From a virus, in IMG/VR virus record IMGVR_UViG_3300036790_000049, positions 885 to 64,884 of that record: a stretch of DNA of 64,000 nt; one strand, given 5' to 3'. The translations under genes and the position numbers were made by a program. Positions 34,297 through 43,400 of this stretch are shown in pieces; positions within the stretch are counted from its first letter, which is position 1; every line of letters begins with the position of its first letter. The notes below the pieces were generated by a model. It ran no database searches, was not told where the DNA came from, and saw only the letters and a program-made list of their open reading frames with translations.

Positions 34297-36219
34297 CTAC
34301 GCAAGCTGATGAGAAGCGGCGTGGCGGATTATTTCAACTCCCCGGCTCCCGTCTAGGACTTCCTTGCACGCTCCCTCCCTAGCTCCGCAGCGTACGGCTA
34401 TGTCGGCCTCAATCGATTCGAGCGAGCGGAGGTAGTACACCGTGACCGGAACCCGTCCGGCCTCCCTCGAAACCCGGTGCGCGCGGTCCTCAACCTGTAG
34501 CTGCTCGTCTGGAATCGACGTCTCGTCAATGATGATCACGACGTCGGCAGCGTCAAGCGTGATCGACTCGCCACCGGCTTTCGTGTTGATCATCACGACC
34601 CGGTGCTCGTCATCTGGATTGCTGAATTCCCGGACGATATCCTCTCGCGTGCGCTGCTTTGTCTCGCCGGTGATTACGTAATTCGGGAAACCAGCATGCG
34701 CGATTGCCCCGGAGAACAGGTTGATGACCTGCGTAAACTGCGACGCAATGATCACCTTTCCCTCGTTACCGGTAAGGGATGGCAGATTGTCAAGAATCCA
34801 GTTTAGCTTGTTCGATGGTTCCCGTGGCGCAAAGCGCACGCCTGCATTGTCCGAGATCATCACGCCGTAGGTAGTGGATAGCTGCTTGAGCCGGGTCAGT
34901 TCCGCGAGCACGCCGTTGGCCATGAGAATGCCGTCACCGACTTGTGCCCGTGCGTCCTCTGCCATATCCTGGTAAGCGCGGGCCTGCTGCGATTCCATCG
35001 GCAGCCATATCCCGAGCGGGGAATCCGGGACGTCCGGATATAGCGGCGTGCCTGCGTACAGCTTCGGTGGCAGATCCTTGGCCACCTCCGCCTTGGTGCG
35101 GCGCAGCACGTACGGAGCCAGCATCCTGTCGAATGCCGCGCGAGCATCCGGCCGCACATCCTCGCCGGACACTACTAGCCCGTAGTCGCCCTCTTCTACC
35201 TCGAAATACATCTTGGCGTAACGCCAGTAAGACGTAAACACATCGGGACGCAGCCAGTTAAGCGTTCCCCACATGTTTATCACCTTGCCGCGAAATGGCG
35301 TCCCGGAAAGTGCGAGCTTGAGACCGCCCTCTTTCACCGGCAGCCGCATAGCTCCCAATCTAGTCTGGCTTATCTTGGCAGACTTGGAACCGTCCTCGTG
35401 ATGCATGACCGAGAGATGCGACTTGCCGATGAGCGCGTTATGGCTCTCGTCAAAGACAACCGCATCCCAGTCGCTCTCAAACAGGTACCTGAATTCCGGC
35501 GACTCGTAGCGCTGGTTTTCTACGTAGTCCGTTCGCATCCGGACCATCTCCACATTGCATATCAGTATGCACATCTTGTCCGGGAACTCTTGGCATGCTA
35601 TGTAATACTCCGACATGGTAAAGTCCCGCTGCGCCCGCGTGCCGTCGCACACAAACGTCTGGACGTTACCCCCGAGCCATCGGTGCGCCTCACGTTCCCA
35701 AACGGCCCTGAGCGCCGTTTTGCGGCAGAACACGAGCACCCGGTGGGCGTGGGCTAGGGTGAGTGCCCCGAGCGTCTCTAGGGTCTTCCCAAGGCCCGGC
35801 TCGTCGGCATTGAGCGTTGACCCGCCGTCAAGCGCGAACTTGGCCCCTACTGCCTGAAACGGGCGGTTGCTATAGGCCATGTCCAGAAGTGGCGCTAGTT
35901 CCGCTAGTTCCGGAAGTTCCGCCGAGCCTGCCATGCGAAGCGTGGTCTGGTTATTCTCCCTGATCACCTCTGCCTTTGCCCACGCGGATAGCTCGGGTCC
36001 GATCTCCAGCATGTCCCCGAACACGAGCCGCAGTTGCCTGCACACCTCAAGGTCAAGCGGGTAGGTCCAGCCTAGGAACTTGTCCCGGTAGCCGGTCTTG
36101 TCCCATAGCGCAGAGACACCGGGTACCTGCTTAGCCATGTCCTTACCGGCTCCGCCGAGCCATGGCACCTTAGCAAGTATCCGGTTGTCTCCGTGCCGTT
36201 CGATATGAACGGTCGGCAT
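34297..36219 (-). CDS. SNF2-like (SF2) DNA helicase
   Basis: ADEPGLGKT, VFDESH, LALSGTP, LRRTK, Q.EDRAHR. Confidence 0.9.
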   Translation of the reverse strand: MPTVHIERHGDNRILAKVPWLGGAGKDMAKQVPGVSALWDKTGYRDKFLGWTYPLDLEVCRQLRLVFGDMLEIGPELSAWAKAEVIRENNQTTLRMAGSAELPELAELAPLLDMAYSNRPFQAVGAKFALDGGSTLNADEPGLGKTLETLGALTLAHAHRVLVFCRKTALRAVWEREAHRWLGGNVQTFVCDGTRAQRDFTMSEYYIACQEFPDKMCILICNVEMVRMRTDYVENQRYESPEFRYLFESDWDAVVFDESHNALIGKSHLSVMHHEDGSKSAKISQTRLGAMRLPVKEGGLKLALSGTPFRGKVINMWGTLNWLRPDVFTSYWRYAKMYFEVEEGDYGLVVSGEDVRPDARAAFDRMLAPYVLRRTKAEVAKDLPPKLYAGTPLYPDVPDSPLGIWLPMESQQARAYQDMAEDARAQVGDGILMANGVLAELTRLKQLSTTYGVMISDNAGVRFAPREPSNKLNWILDNLPSLTGNEGKVIIASQFTQVINLFSGAIAHAGFPNYVITGETKQRTREDIVREFSNPDDEHRVVMINTKAGGESITLDAADVVIIIDETSIPDEQLQVEDRAHRVSREAGRVPVTVYYLRSLESIEADIAVRCGAREGACKEVLDGSRGVEIIRHAASHQLA

Positions 36220-36228
36220 GTGCTCTCC

Positions 36229-36498
36229 CTAGCGGCTGAACGGTCGTCTGGCCATCCACCGGCCGATGATCTCGCCGGGCCACGTCCACGGCGGTTGCGT
36301 GCGCGTCTCACGCGGCGTGTAGAGCTTCGGGATGGCGAACCGGTGCCCGCATGCCCGGCATCGCGGCGGGAAACTCTCCGTGCAACTCGCGCCGCAGCAC
36401 GGGGTATGCCGCAGCGTGGCCACGGCTACCGCGAGATCCCACTTGACATCTTCGGCCGTTCGGTTGATCTCGTCTAGGAAATCCGACTCTGGACTCAC
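36229..36498 (-). CDS. Cys-containing hypothetical protein
   Basis: GGGAG RBS, GTGA overlap; CC...C...CRAC. Confidence 0.55.
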   Translation of the reverse strand: MSPESDFLDEINRTAEDVKWDLAVAVATLRHTPCCGASCTESFPPRCRACGHRFAIPKLYTPRETRTQPPWTWPGEIIGRWMARRPFSR

Positions 36499-36917
36499 AG
36501 CGTCTCCCACGTAATCTCGGGGTTGTCCTGCCACTCGCCGCTGACTTCCTTCGCGGCGGTCTTGGCAAACCGGATCTCGGTCGTCCCTGCGTTGCCACGG
36601 CCGAAGTCGTCAAGCGGCTCGAACCCGTCAAGTTCCTCTACCTTTTTCGGTGGCAGCGCCGCGAGGTACCCACGGTAGTAGGGGATCTGGTCATCGTCCC
36701 GGATCTCGAAATAGCTGCCGTTCCTGAGCGCGTAGAGAATCGCCTCCGAGGTGATTCCGGACGGCCCCGCTATCCCGATCTCGTCGCGGTGACCCTCTTC
36801 TGGCATGTCCACGCGCGGCTCTAGGCAGTCCTCGGTTATGACCCACACGTATTCCGGCCGGGAATCACGCGGGACATCCTTGTCGTAGAAACTGGCGAAC
36901 TCGTCCTCAACTGACAT
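36495..36917 (-). CDS. hypothetical protein
   Basis: AGGGAGG RBS; F...DDD...YY.G pattern. Confidence 0.65.
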   Translation of the reverse strand: MSVEDEFASFYDKDVPRDSRPEYVWVITEDCLEPRVDMPEEGHRDEIGIAGPSGITSEAILYALRNGSYFEIRDDDQIPYYRGYLAALPPKKVEELDGFEPLDDFGRGNAGTTEIRFAKTAAKEVSGEWQDNPEITWETL

Positions 36918-36931
36918 TGCTTCCTCCCTGT

Positions 36932-37846
36932 TCATGACGGGAGCGCCGTCCTTGACCCGGAGACTCCCCCGCGCCCGCCCGTGAGGTCGGCCTCGCGAGC
37001 CTTGGCCCTGCCCGCCTCCGCCGCGTCCCAGTTGGTACGGTGGTGGCCCGAGAGCCTGACCGTCTTGGTCTCGGGAAACTGGTCCTGCATCCACTCGTCA
37101 AGACCTTCGGAGCGCAGCACGAGCGCGGTTGAATGCGTGTGCGCGCCCTGCAATGCCCACAGCCGCTCCTGGATCTCGGACACGTAGAACTGCGCGAAGC
37201 TCTTGATCCACTGAATCCGGTTGCCGGTCGCAACGGGGGTTTCATCGTTCGCCTTGCACCACTTGAAATAGGCGGCCTTGATCCGGCTGCCGGTCTGCGA
37301 AGCGGTTGACTGGTTTCCGTCCCACATGACATCCGGCTTGATCCGGCCGATGTCGAGCCAGTTTAGGCCCATGTGGTGCAGTCGCACGATGTTTTCCTGC
37401 TCACTCTCGTACTCGTCCCACTTCGGCGCGAGCGCGTTTCCGAGATGCAGGAAAACCGTGGTGAACAAGATCTCGAAAAACGACAGGTCGGACTGGAACC
37501 CGAAGATACCGGCCTGCACGGTCTTGCCGTAACCGTAGCCGTAGAGCATCGTCCGGCACCGGCAGTAGCGCGCGACCGAATCGGCAAGCTGCACGAGGAA
37601 CGGACGCGCGGGATTCTTCTGGTCACAGAGCTTGATCATCAACCGCGCAGGCTTGCGCTGTTCCGCTACCGGCTTGGCCTGCTCCAGTTCCGCGTCCTCA
37701 ATCGCGTACTTGTGCATGAGCGCGTCGGCCTTCGCGTGGTACGCCTTGGCCTCGGTCGTGTTGTACGCACTGGACTTTGGGTCTTCGCAGTCCATCGCCT
37801 TGTCGATAAGAGCGCGGACCCTGCGAAGTACGTCATTGAGTTCCAT
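36932..37846 (-). CDS. DUF2786-domain protein
   Basis: L.RVRAL..KA......EA.AY..KA..LM.KYAIE. Confidence 0.75.
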   Translation of the reverse strand: MELNDVLRRVRALIDKAMDCEDPKSSAYNTTEAKAYHAKADALMHKYAIEDAELEQAKPVAEQRKPARLMIKLCDQKNPARPFLVQLADSVARYCRCRTMLYGYGYGKTVQAGIFGFQSDLSFFEILFTTVFLHLGNALAPKWDEYESEQENIVRLHHMGLNWLDIGRIKPDVMWDGNQSTASQTGSRIKAAYFKWCKANDETPVATGNRIQWIKSFAQFYVSEIQERLWALQGAHTHSTALVLRSEGLDEWMQDQFPETKTVRLSGHHRTNWDAAEAGRAKAREADLTGGRGGVSGSRTALPS

Positions 37847-37890
37847 GTACCTACCTCCCGTTCTAGCCTTCCCTTGCCCGACAACACGAA

Positions 37891-37917
37891 GCCTACCCCT
37901 CACCTGGAGGGGTAGGC
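37891..37917 (-). terminator. hairpin
   Basis: GCCTACCCCTC-ACCTG-GAGGGGTAGGC, 11-bp perfect stem. Confidence 0.6.
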
Positions 37918-37948
37918 AACGTGGTTCCGGAAGTTCTGGAGGTTCCGG

Positions 37949-38134
37949 CTACTCGGGATCGGTGTACGCGTTGATCCCGATCGTGACGTCGGTGCCGGGG
38001 ATGACCTGGTTGCCGCCCGTGGTTCCGACCATCATTTTCTTGCCGGACGCGGACGGCCCGAGCCGCTTGGTCAGGTCGATAGTGATGGTCGCCGTCTTCT
38101 TGTCTGACGACACGGAGATCTTGACATTCTTCAT
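37949..38134 (-). CDS. small conserved phage protein
   Basis: AGGGAGG RBS; IDL....GPSASGK...V.TT.GN. Confidence 0.75.
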   Translation of the reverse strand: MKNVKISVSSDKKTATITIDLTKRLGPSASGKKMMVGTTGGNQVIPGTDVTIGINAYTDPE

Positions 38135-38200
38135 TGGTGCCTCCCTGTTCTCGTTGGTTGAGCGTCACACGTTATCACTCCGGTTGGGAACTGTCCCGCC

Positions 38201-38380
38201 CTATCCGAAGTCCCTTCGCAGGATAGTCTCTATCCGGCCTGCCTCTTCCCGTTCCTCATCGGTGAGCCCGTTCCCGGCTAGATGGCTCCGTAGCTCGTCC
38301 ATCCTGAGACGCAACGCGTCGCGTACGACATTGGCCTCCGCAAGCTGCCACTTGACCGAGAAGTTAGCTTTTGCTGGCAC
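38201..38380 (-). CDS. small hypothetical protein (59 aa)
   Basis: Read by hand; AAGGGAGG RBS before GTG; below the ORF-track cutoff. Confidence 0.6.
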   Translation of the reverse strand: MPAKANFSVKWQLAEANVVRDALRLRMDELRSHLAGNGLTDEEREEAGRIETILRRDFG

Positions 38381-38400
38381 TGGTTATCACCTCCCTTCGC

Positions 38401-39168
38401 TTAGGCTGCGTTGCCGCTCATCTTGCCGTAGCAGGTCTTGCCCATGGCGCGCTCTATCGACTCCTCAAGGGTGAGGGTCGCGCCGCAGCGCACACAGCAT
38501 CCGTAGATCTGGCCGAACTCGATAGCCTCATCAAGCGTCATCTTCCGGTGCCCGCGCAGGAACCGGACGGCAAGACCGAGGTATTCCCACTCGATCGTTG
38601 CGGGCGCAGTGACCTTGCCGTCCTCGTCCCGCTCTGGTTCAACGGCGACGTGCAAGCGCTTGGCGCACATCTTCCCGGAGCCGTGCACCGCCTTGTAGAC
38701 CTTGAGCACGTCTTGCCGCCCGCTTTCCACCTTGACGTACATTCCGTCCGCTGGTTCCGGCTCGTCTTCCCTGGCCGTGGCCTTTGCCCTGCGTCCCCTT
38801 GGCGGGACTTCGCTTACCCACTCGGAACGGCGGAGCCTGGTGATAGCTCCCGGTGTGTGCTCGAATTTCCCGTCAACCAGGATCGACGCGTACGGAAGCT
38901 GCGTGCGCCCAGATATCTTCACCTGGAATGTCTGCGCGTCGTGCACGTAGATCCCCGGAGGCATCTCCTCCGCAGTGACCGGCGTGTGGCCCGCTCCGCT
39001 ACGGCTTGGCGGAGGGGCCTCATTGAGGTAGGGACGCCGGGGTGGCTCGGGGAAGTACCCGCGCGGCGCGTCCTCGTTCACAACCGGGACGTTTGCCCCG
39101 CCGTAGCATTCCCGTACCTGCTGGGTTGTCGCGTGCGTCTTGCTGCAATGTCCGCAGATCATTGGCAT
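38401..39168 (-). CDS. DUF6011-domain zinc-binding protein
   Basis: C-terminal CCVRCGATLT.EESI.R.MG.TC; N-terminal CGHC...H...C. Confidence 0.75.
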   Translation of the reverse strand: MPMICGHCSKTHATTQQVRECYGGANVPVVNEDAPRGYFPEPPRRPYLNEAPPPSRSGAGHTPVTAEEMPPGIYVHDAQTFQVKISGRTQLPYASILVDGKFEHTPGAITRLRRSEWVSEVPPRGRRAKATAREDEPEPADGMYVKVESGRQDVLKVYKAVHGSGKMCAKRLHVAVEPERDEDGKVTAPATIEWEYLGLAVRFLRGHRKMTLDEAIEFGQIYGCCVRCGATLTLEESIERAMGKTCYGKMSGNAA

Positions 39169-39278
39169 GCCTAGCTCCCTTCTCTCGGGGTCTAGCCTAC
39201 CCGTCCCAGTTCCGTTAGTTCCGGTGGTACGGAGTCCAGACACGCCCGGTGCTCGGTCTCTTTGTCCCTCTATGCGGT

Positions 39279-39308
39279 ACTATATCCCGTTTCGTCCGAG
39301 TTTAGCAA
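39279..39308 (-). promoter_or_regulatory. sigma70/HrdB-type promoter for the replication module
   Basis: -35 TTGCTA, 18-bp spacer, -10 TATAGT, ~110 nt upstream of ATG 39168. Confidence 0.6.
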
Positions 39309-39536
39309 GCGAGACTCGCCGGATAGCTCGACTCACGTAAGTTGCTACCGTAAGATGCTTGCGTGCGGTTGCGGTCCTCGTGCCCCGCCTCCGCGCCAGG
39401 CTGGTTCCCTCAGTCCTGCTCCTATAGGCCGGTGGGCGGTTCTTGACTCCCTGTTCTCCCGCCCACCGTCCTGGGATTGCGAACCCGTATCGGATCGTGT
39501 AGTCTCGCCGCTGCGTTCCCTTACCGGTGTCGCCAG

Positions 39537-39594
39537 ACAGCCCGGCTTTCCGCCGCTCCCTTGCTCGGTCGCGGTATCAGGAGAGCCGGGCTGT
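39537..39594 (-). terminator. stem-loop ending the tail operon
   Basis: ACAGCCCGGCT / AGCCGGGCTGT 11-bp perfect stem. Confidence 0.5.
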
Positions 39595-39633
39595 TTATGT
39601 CTGCCTAGTTCCGGTAGTTCCGGATGTTCCGGG

Positions 39634-41328
39634 TTAGACCGCCCTGACATTCATCAAGATCGGGCCACCCTCGGTGCTGGCCGTCAGGGTCGTGGAAGTA
39701 AACGCCTGGGACTTGATAGTCAAAGAGTTGGTCGTGGACGCGAATAGCAAATCGAGATTGTAGCTCGTGCCGGGCGTCACGGGCACCAGGAACTTCACAG
39801 TCTGAATATCGTCGGTCGTAGCGTTGGCCATTGTGCGCTGCCACGCATCACCAAGGATCGGGGTGGCAGTGCCGTGCGCTGCCAGTGCAAAGCCGATCAC
39901 CGTGGAAGCAGTAGCCTCGGTGACCACGAACGTCGCTTCAACCCAGACAAAGCCGGACGGCGGCGCGACGAAACTGCCGGTGTTGACGTTGGCGCTCGAC
40001 ACCGCTTCGTAGGTGGTGCTGGTTGTACTGAAAGTATTCGTCGTGTCGTACTTGGTCGGCGCGCACAAGAACTCGCCGGGTGCTGCGCTGCCGATGAATG
40101 AGGTGTTGCCGCCACCGTTGTGATAGGGCGATGTCGCACCGTTGATGTTCCCGGCCCGCAAGTCCACCGAGTTGCTGTCGGTCATTGACACGCCGTAGAT
40201 CGGGGCACCGCTGGCCACGCGGTTGATAAATCCGGGTGCCTTGACTGTGCCCGAGAAGCTGGTGACATTCATCGCCGACGACACGCCGTCAATTCCGGAC
40301 CCGTCGTCCGAGCAGCCACTAAGATGATAAATGCCAGTTCCTGCACCGGTAAACTTCCAGCCTTCCTGGTAGTTGCTCTGTGACGTGCAGTTCGAGAGGT
40401 GGACAATGCCGGTGAACCCGGAGTTGGCGGTGAATAGCCATCCGGGTCCAGCAGTACTGGTCTCTCCCTTTGCGCAGTCGAACCGGGTGTTATTGCAGTT
40501 GATGACATTCCATGCGTAGTTCTTGTTGCCGGTTGACTCGGTCATGTAGATATAGGAGTCGGCCACGCCGCTCATGGTGACTCCGCCGGTACCGCCGACA
40601 AAGTGGCAGTGATCCAGAGTGATCAGATCTGGCGGGGAAAACTCGGCAGCCACAGCATGCAGGCAATCTCCGCCTAGCTGGGCATCGCCACCACCGTAGA
40701 CGATGACACCTTTCAGGGTCACGCAAGCGGTATTGTCCTGAATCAGAATGCCATGCAGGTTGTTCCCGTCCGGCGTATTAGACAGGTCCAGCGATATGCC
40801 CTGCAACCGCTGAGCACCACCCTGTACGTCCTCCGCGGAAACCATGACGATAGTCCCGGTTGCCGCGTCCGCGTCGGCAAATGTGTCTGTGGCCTTGAGG
40901 ATAGCGCCAGCCAGCGCTAGTCCTCCGACACCGTAGTCTGCACTGGGATCACCGAATGATTCCGAAGACAGCGGACAGGTCAGGCCCCCGGCTACAGGAA
41001 CTGTCAGCGGTGCCGAGTAGTTGAAAGTGCCAACTTGCAATGGTGCTACGCCGCCGAGGTTTAGCAGGTTCTGGATGTTCGTCGTGTCGTCGCCGTCGCC
41101 GCCGATCGGTGGCAGTCCCGGACCCATGAACGTGCCGGTGATCATTGCTTGCAGTGCAGCTACATTGATTGCGTTGTCGCCCGGGATGGAAGTATTGCCC
41201 GGCGCTCCGGCCATCCCAGCAAGAACAGCGGCCAGGAGTGCTTCCATATCAGACAGGTCAAGGGAACTCTGAGACGGAGTACCCGGCACAGTTCTGTTTT
41301 CCAGAGGGATAACGGATACAGCCGTCAT
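39634..41328 (-). CDS. tailspike-like protein with right-handed parallel beta-helix (pectin-lyase-like)
   Basis: GDGDDTTNIQNLLN...G.F start and repeated N/G/I beta-helix rungs (HGILI, DCLH, GVTM, GWLF, GWKF). Confidence 0.7.
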   Translation of the reverse strand: MTAVSVIPLENRTVPGTPSQSSLDLSDMEALLAAVLAGMAGAPGNTSIPGDNAINVAALQAMITGTFMGPGLPPIGGDGDDTTNIQNLLNLGGVAPLQVGTFNYSAPLTVPVAGGLTCPLSSESFGDPSADYGVGGLALAGAILKATDTFADADAATGTIVMVSAEDVQGGAQRLQGISLDLSNTPDGNNLHGILIQDNTACVTLKGVIVYGGGDAQLGGDCLHAVAAEFSPPDLITLDHCHFVGGTGGVTMSGVADSYIYMTESTGNKNYAWNVINCNNTRFDCAKGETSTAGPGWLFTANSGFTGIVHLSNCTSQSNYQEGWKFTGAGTGIYHLSGCSDDGSGIDGVSSAMNVTSFSGTVKAPGFINRVASGAPIYGVSMTDSNSVDLRAGNINGATSPYHNGGGNTSFIGSAAPGEFLCAPTKYDTTNTFSTTSTTYEAVSSANVNTGSFVAPPSGFVWVEATFVVTEATASTVIGFALAAHGTATPILGDAWQRTMANATTDDIQTVKFLVPVTPGTSYNLDLLFASTTNSLTIKSQAFTSTTLTASTEGGPILMNVRAV

Positions 41329-41343
41329 TTCAGATCATCTCCA

Positions 41344-43068
41344 TTATGCGTCGTAACCCACTACGAGCACGTTGTCAAAGTTAACCGTGGCGTTGGCGTC
41401 TGCCGTACGCACGGTAGACAGCCGGTATTTAACGGCGGTGAGTGTCGGCAGGCCCGACGAGATCGTATGACGGCTCGTCCACGTCTCGCCGTCCGGCGAA
41501 GTGTAGAACGTGAGTGTTCCGGACACCAGGGTCATCTTCCACCACTTGTGGTTGGTATTGTCATAAGCGATGGTTGTGTCGGTGTTGGTGCCGCCCGTCC
41601 GCGAGCGCATGAGCAGGTTGGTGCCGCTCTGGCCCATGCCGATGTAGTCGTTGGCGTCCACGTACATCTGCATGAGAGTCAGGCCCGACGCGAGCGCGGG
41701 CATCGTGACCGCCTCTACTTCTGCCCGCAGTCCTGAGAATGCAACTGTGTCCGTAGACACCAGGTTGTCATTTCCCGTGGTTGTACAGGTCAACTGCACC
41801 TGCGCGCCCTCAATGGTGGCAGTAGATCCACCCGGCACGGTCCAGGCCGACGAGAAGAGTCCCCCGTCAAAGTTCTCGAATCCGTCCTCCAGGAACGGTG
41901 CCCAAGGCGTGACCGGGTACACGGCTGTAATCTGCTCTACCATGTTGGTCCAGTATGCAGCACCAACCGCCGCGTACTTGCCGCCGCCACTCGCGCCCGG
42001 AAGCGTGTCGTACGGGTTGGCCAGCGTGTCATCGGTAATGAACACATACCCGGCCCGGTTAGCTCGCGTAAGCGATAGTGCCTCATCCCTCATCTGTTCC
42101 GAGTAGCAGGCGAACACGACATGCATAAACCGGTTGCTGGGATAGTTGATCGCCCACGATGGATTGGTGAATGCGCGGTACTGTCCTATATCGCCCTCGA
42201 AAATCGAGACGATATCGCAGGCATCCATATACGACTCGTCCGGCGTGATACCCGGATTGATCACGACGATGCGCAGACCGGTAGTCTTGGCCTTCACATA
42301 GTTGTACAGGTTCAGGTAGAACGGCTGGTCTCCCGTGTCGATAGACACCTCGTCAAAGAGAATGCCGTCCACGTTGTAGAACGTGTACCAGTCGTCAATC
42401 TGTCCCTCGATCGTGGGCACGTCGCCCGCGCCGTAATTGGTCGCCACATACCCAAGGCAGGTCACCCCGGCTGCGCGCAACTGGGAAAGCTGCGCGGTGA
42501 AGTCAGCATTGGGGGAACCACCGGGGCCGCTGTCCACGTTCACGAACGTGAGCGCGAAGTAGGGACTGGCAGCTTGCAGGGTTGCCCACGTCCCGCCGCC
42601 GTCGTCAAAGTACGTCGGGTAGATGTAGAACGGGCCGCCGATCCGCTGTACCGCATCCCCCATGCGCCATGGCGTGATTTCCTGTCCAGGGAGAGTGCTC
42701 CCGCCTGGACCGAGTGCGCCGCCGAGCAGTCCCGTGACGTTGGCCTCTATTGTGTCGATCTCGGCCGACAAGTCCGTTGCGAAGATCCAGTACCTAGGAC
42801 CAGCCCCGGCACTCGCGTCGGCCGCCATCATCCGGGTGTCCGGCGTGGTAGAAGGACCAGAGAACTCCGGAAGGAACCCGTTGCTGTCCGTGGTGATCGA
42901 CGTTACGGGCGTACCGGTGTTGTCCAGAAGATCGGTAATTACCGATCCTCCAGTTATATCGGTAAAGAACAGGATCGCGGTAGACGCAACCGGCTCGGCA
43001 TCGCTCGTAGTGCCGTCGATCTGCAGAACCCAGTCAGTCGCGCCGCCACCGAAAGCATGCCGTGGCAT
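41344..43068 (-). CDS. tail fibre/spike with spherulation-specific family 4 (GH135) domain and C-terminal lectin-like domain
   Basis: YIYP...W..L...VN..SGPG...LGYVAT.YG...W...Y.VDGILFDE...INPG...DI..IFE...H.V...GYVFITD...NPY..LP. Confidence 0.8.
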   Translation of the reverse strand: MPRHAFGGGATDWVLQIDGTTSDAEPVASTAILFFTDITGGSVITDLLDNTGTPVTSITTDSNGFLPEFSGPSTTPDTRMMAADASAGAGPRYWIFATDLSAEIDTIEANVTGLLGGALGPGGSTLPGQEITPWRMGDAVQRIGGPFYIYPTYFDDGGGTWATLQAASPYFALTFVNVDSGPGGSPNADFTAQLSQLRAAGVTCLGYVATNYGAGDVPTIEGQIDDWYTFYNVDGILFDEVSIDTGDQPFYLNLYNYVKAKTTGLRIVVINPGITPDESYMDACDIVSIFEGDIGQYRAFTNPSWAINYPSNRFMHVVFACYSEQMRDEALSLTRANRAGYVFITDDTLANPYDTLPGASGGGKYAAVGAAYWTNMVEQITAVYPVTPWAPFLEDGFENFDGGLFSSAWTVPGGSTATIEGAQVQLTCTTTGNDNLVSTDTVAFSGLRAEVEAVTMPALASGLTLMQMYVDANDYIGMGQSGTNLLMRSRTGGTNTDTTIAYDNTNHKWWKMTLVSGTLTFYTSPDGETWTSRHTISSGLPTLTAVKYRLSTVRTADANATVNFDNVLVVGYDA

Positions 43069-43076
43069 AGTTCCTC

Positions 43077-43400
43077 CTAAACAGGATTAATAATGAATGG
43101 TCCCTGAGCCAGTGTCGTCTCGTAGTCGCCTATCGTTGTCAGCGCATCCACGCGATACCACATCGTACCCGGCGTGAGAATCTCGGTACCAGGAATCTCG
43201 ACCGACAGAATGCCGTTAGCCGCGTCCACGACCGTGCCGTCTAGCTGCACTCCGCTCTCGTCGTCGGAAGTATCCGATGCCTTGAGAGTCATCTGGATAT
43301 TGTAATCCGACAAATCGAATGCCGACGTTCCCTGAAACGCAGTCCACGTCCGCGTGACCGTATTTCCCTGCGGCACCTGCACGATAATGGTGCTGGACAT
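43077..43400 (-). CDS. BppU-N-like baseplate/tail accessory protein
   Basis: QG.T......FDLSDY...TLK...DA.NG...V.I. Confidence 0.55.
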   Translation of the reverse strand: MSSTIIVQVPQGNTVTRTWTAFQGTSAFDLSDYNIQMTLKASDTSDDESGVQLDGTVVDAANGILSVEIPGTEILTPGTMWYRVDALTTIGDYETTLAQGPFIINPV

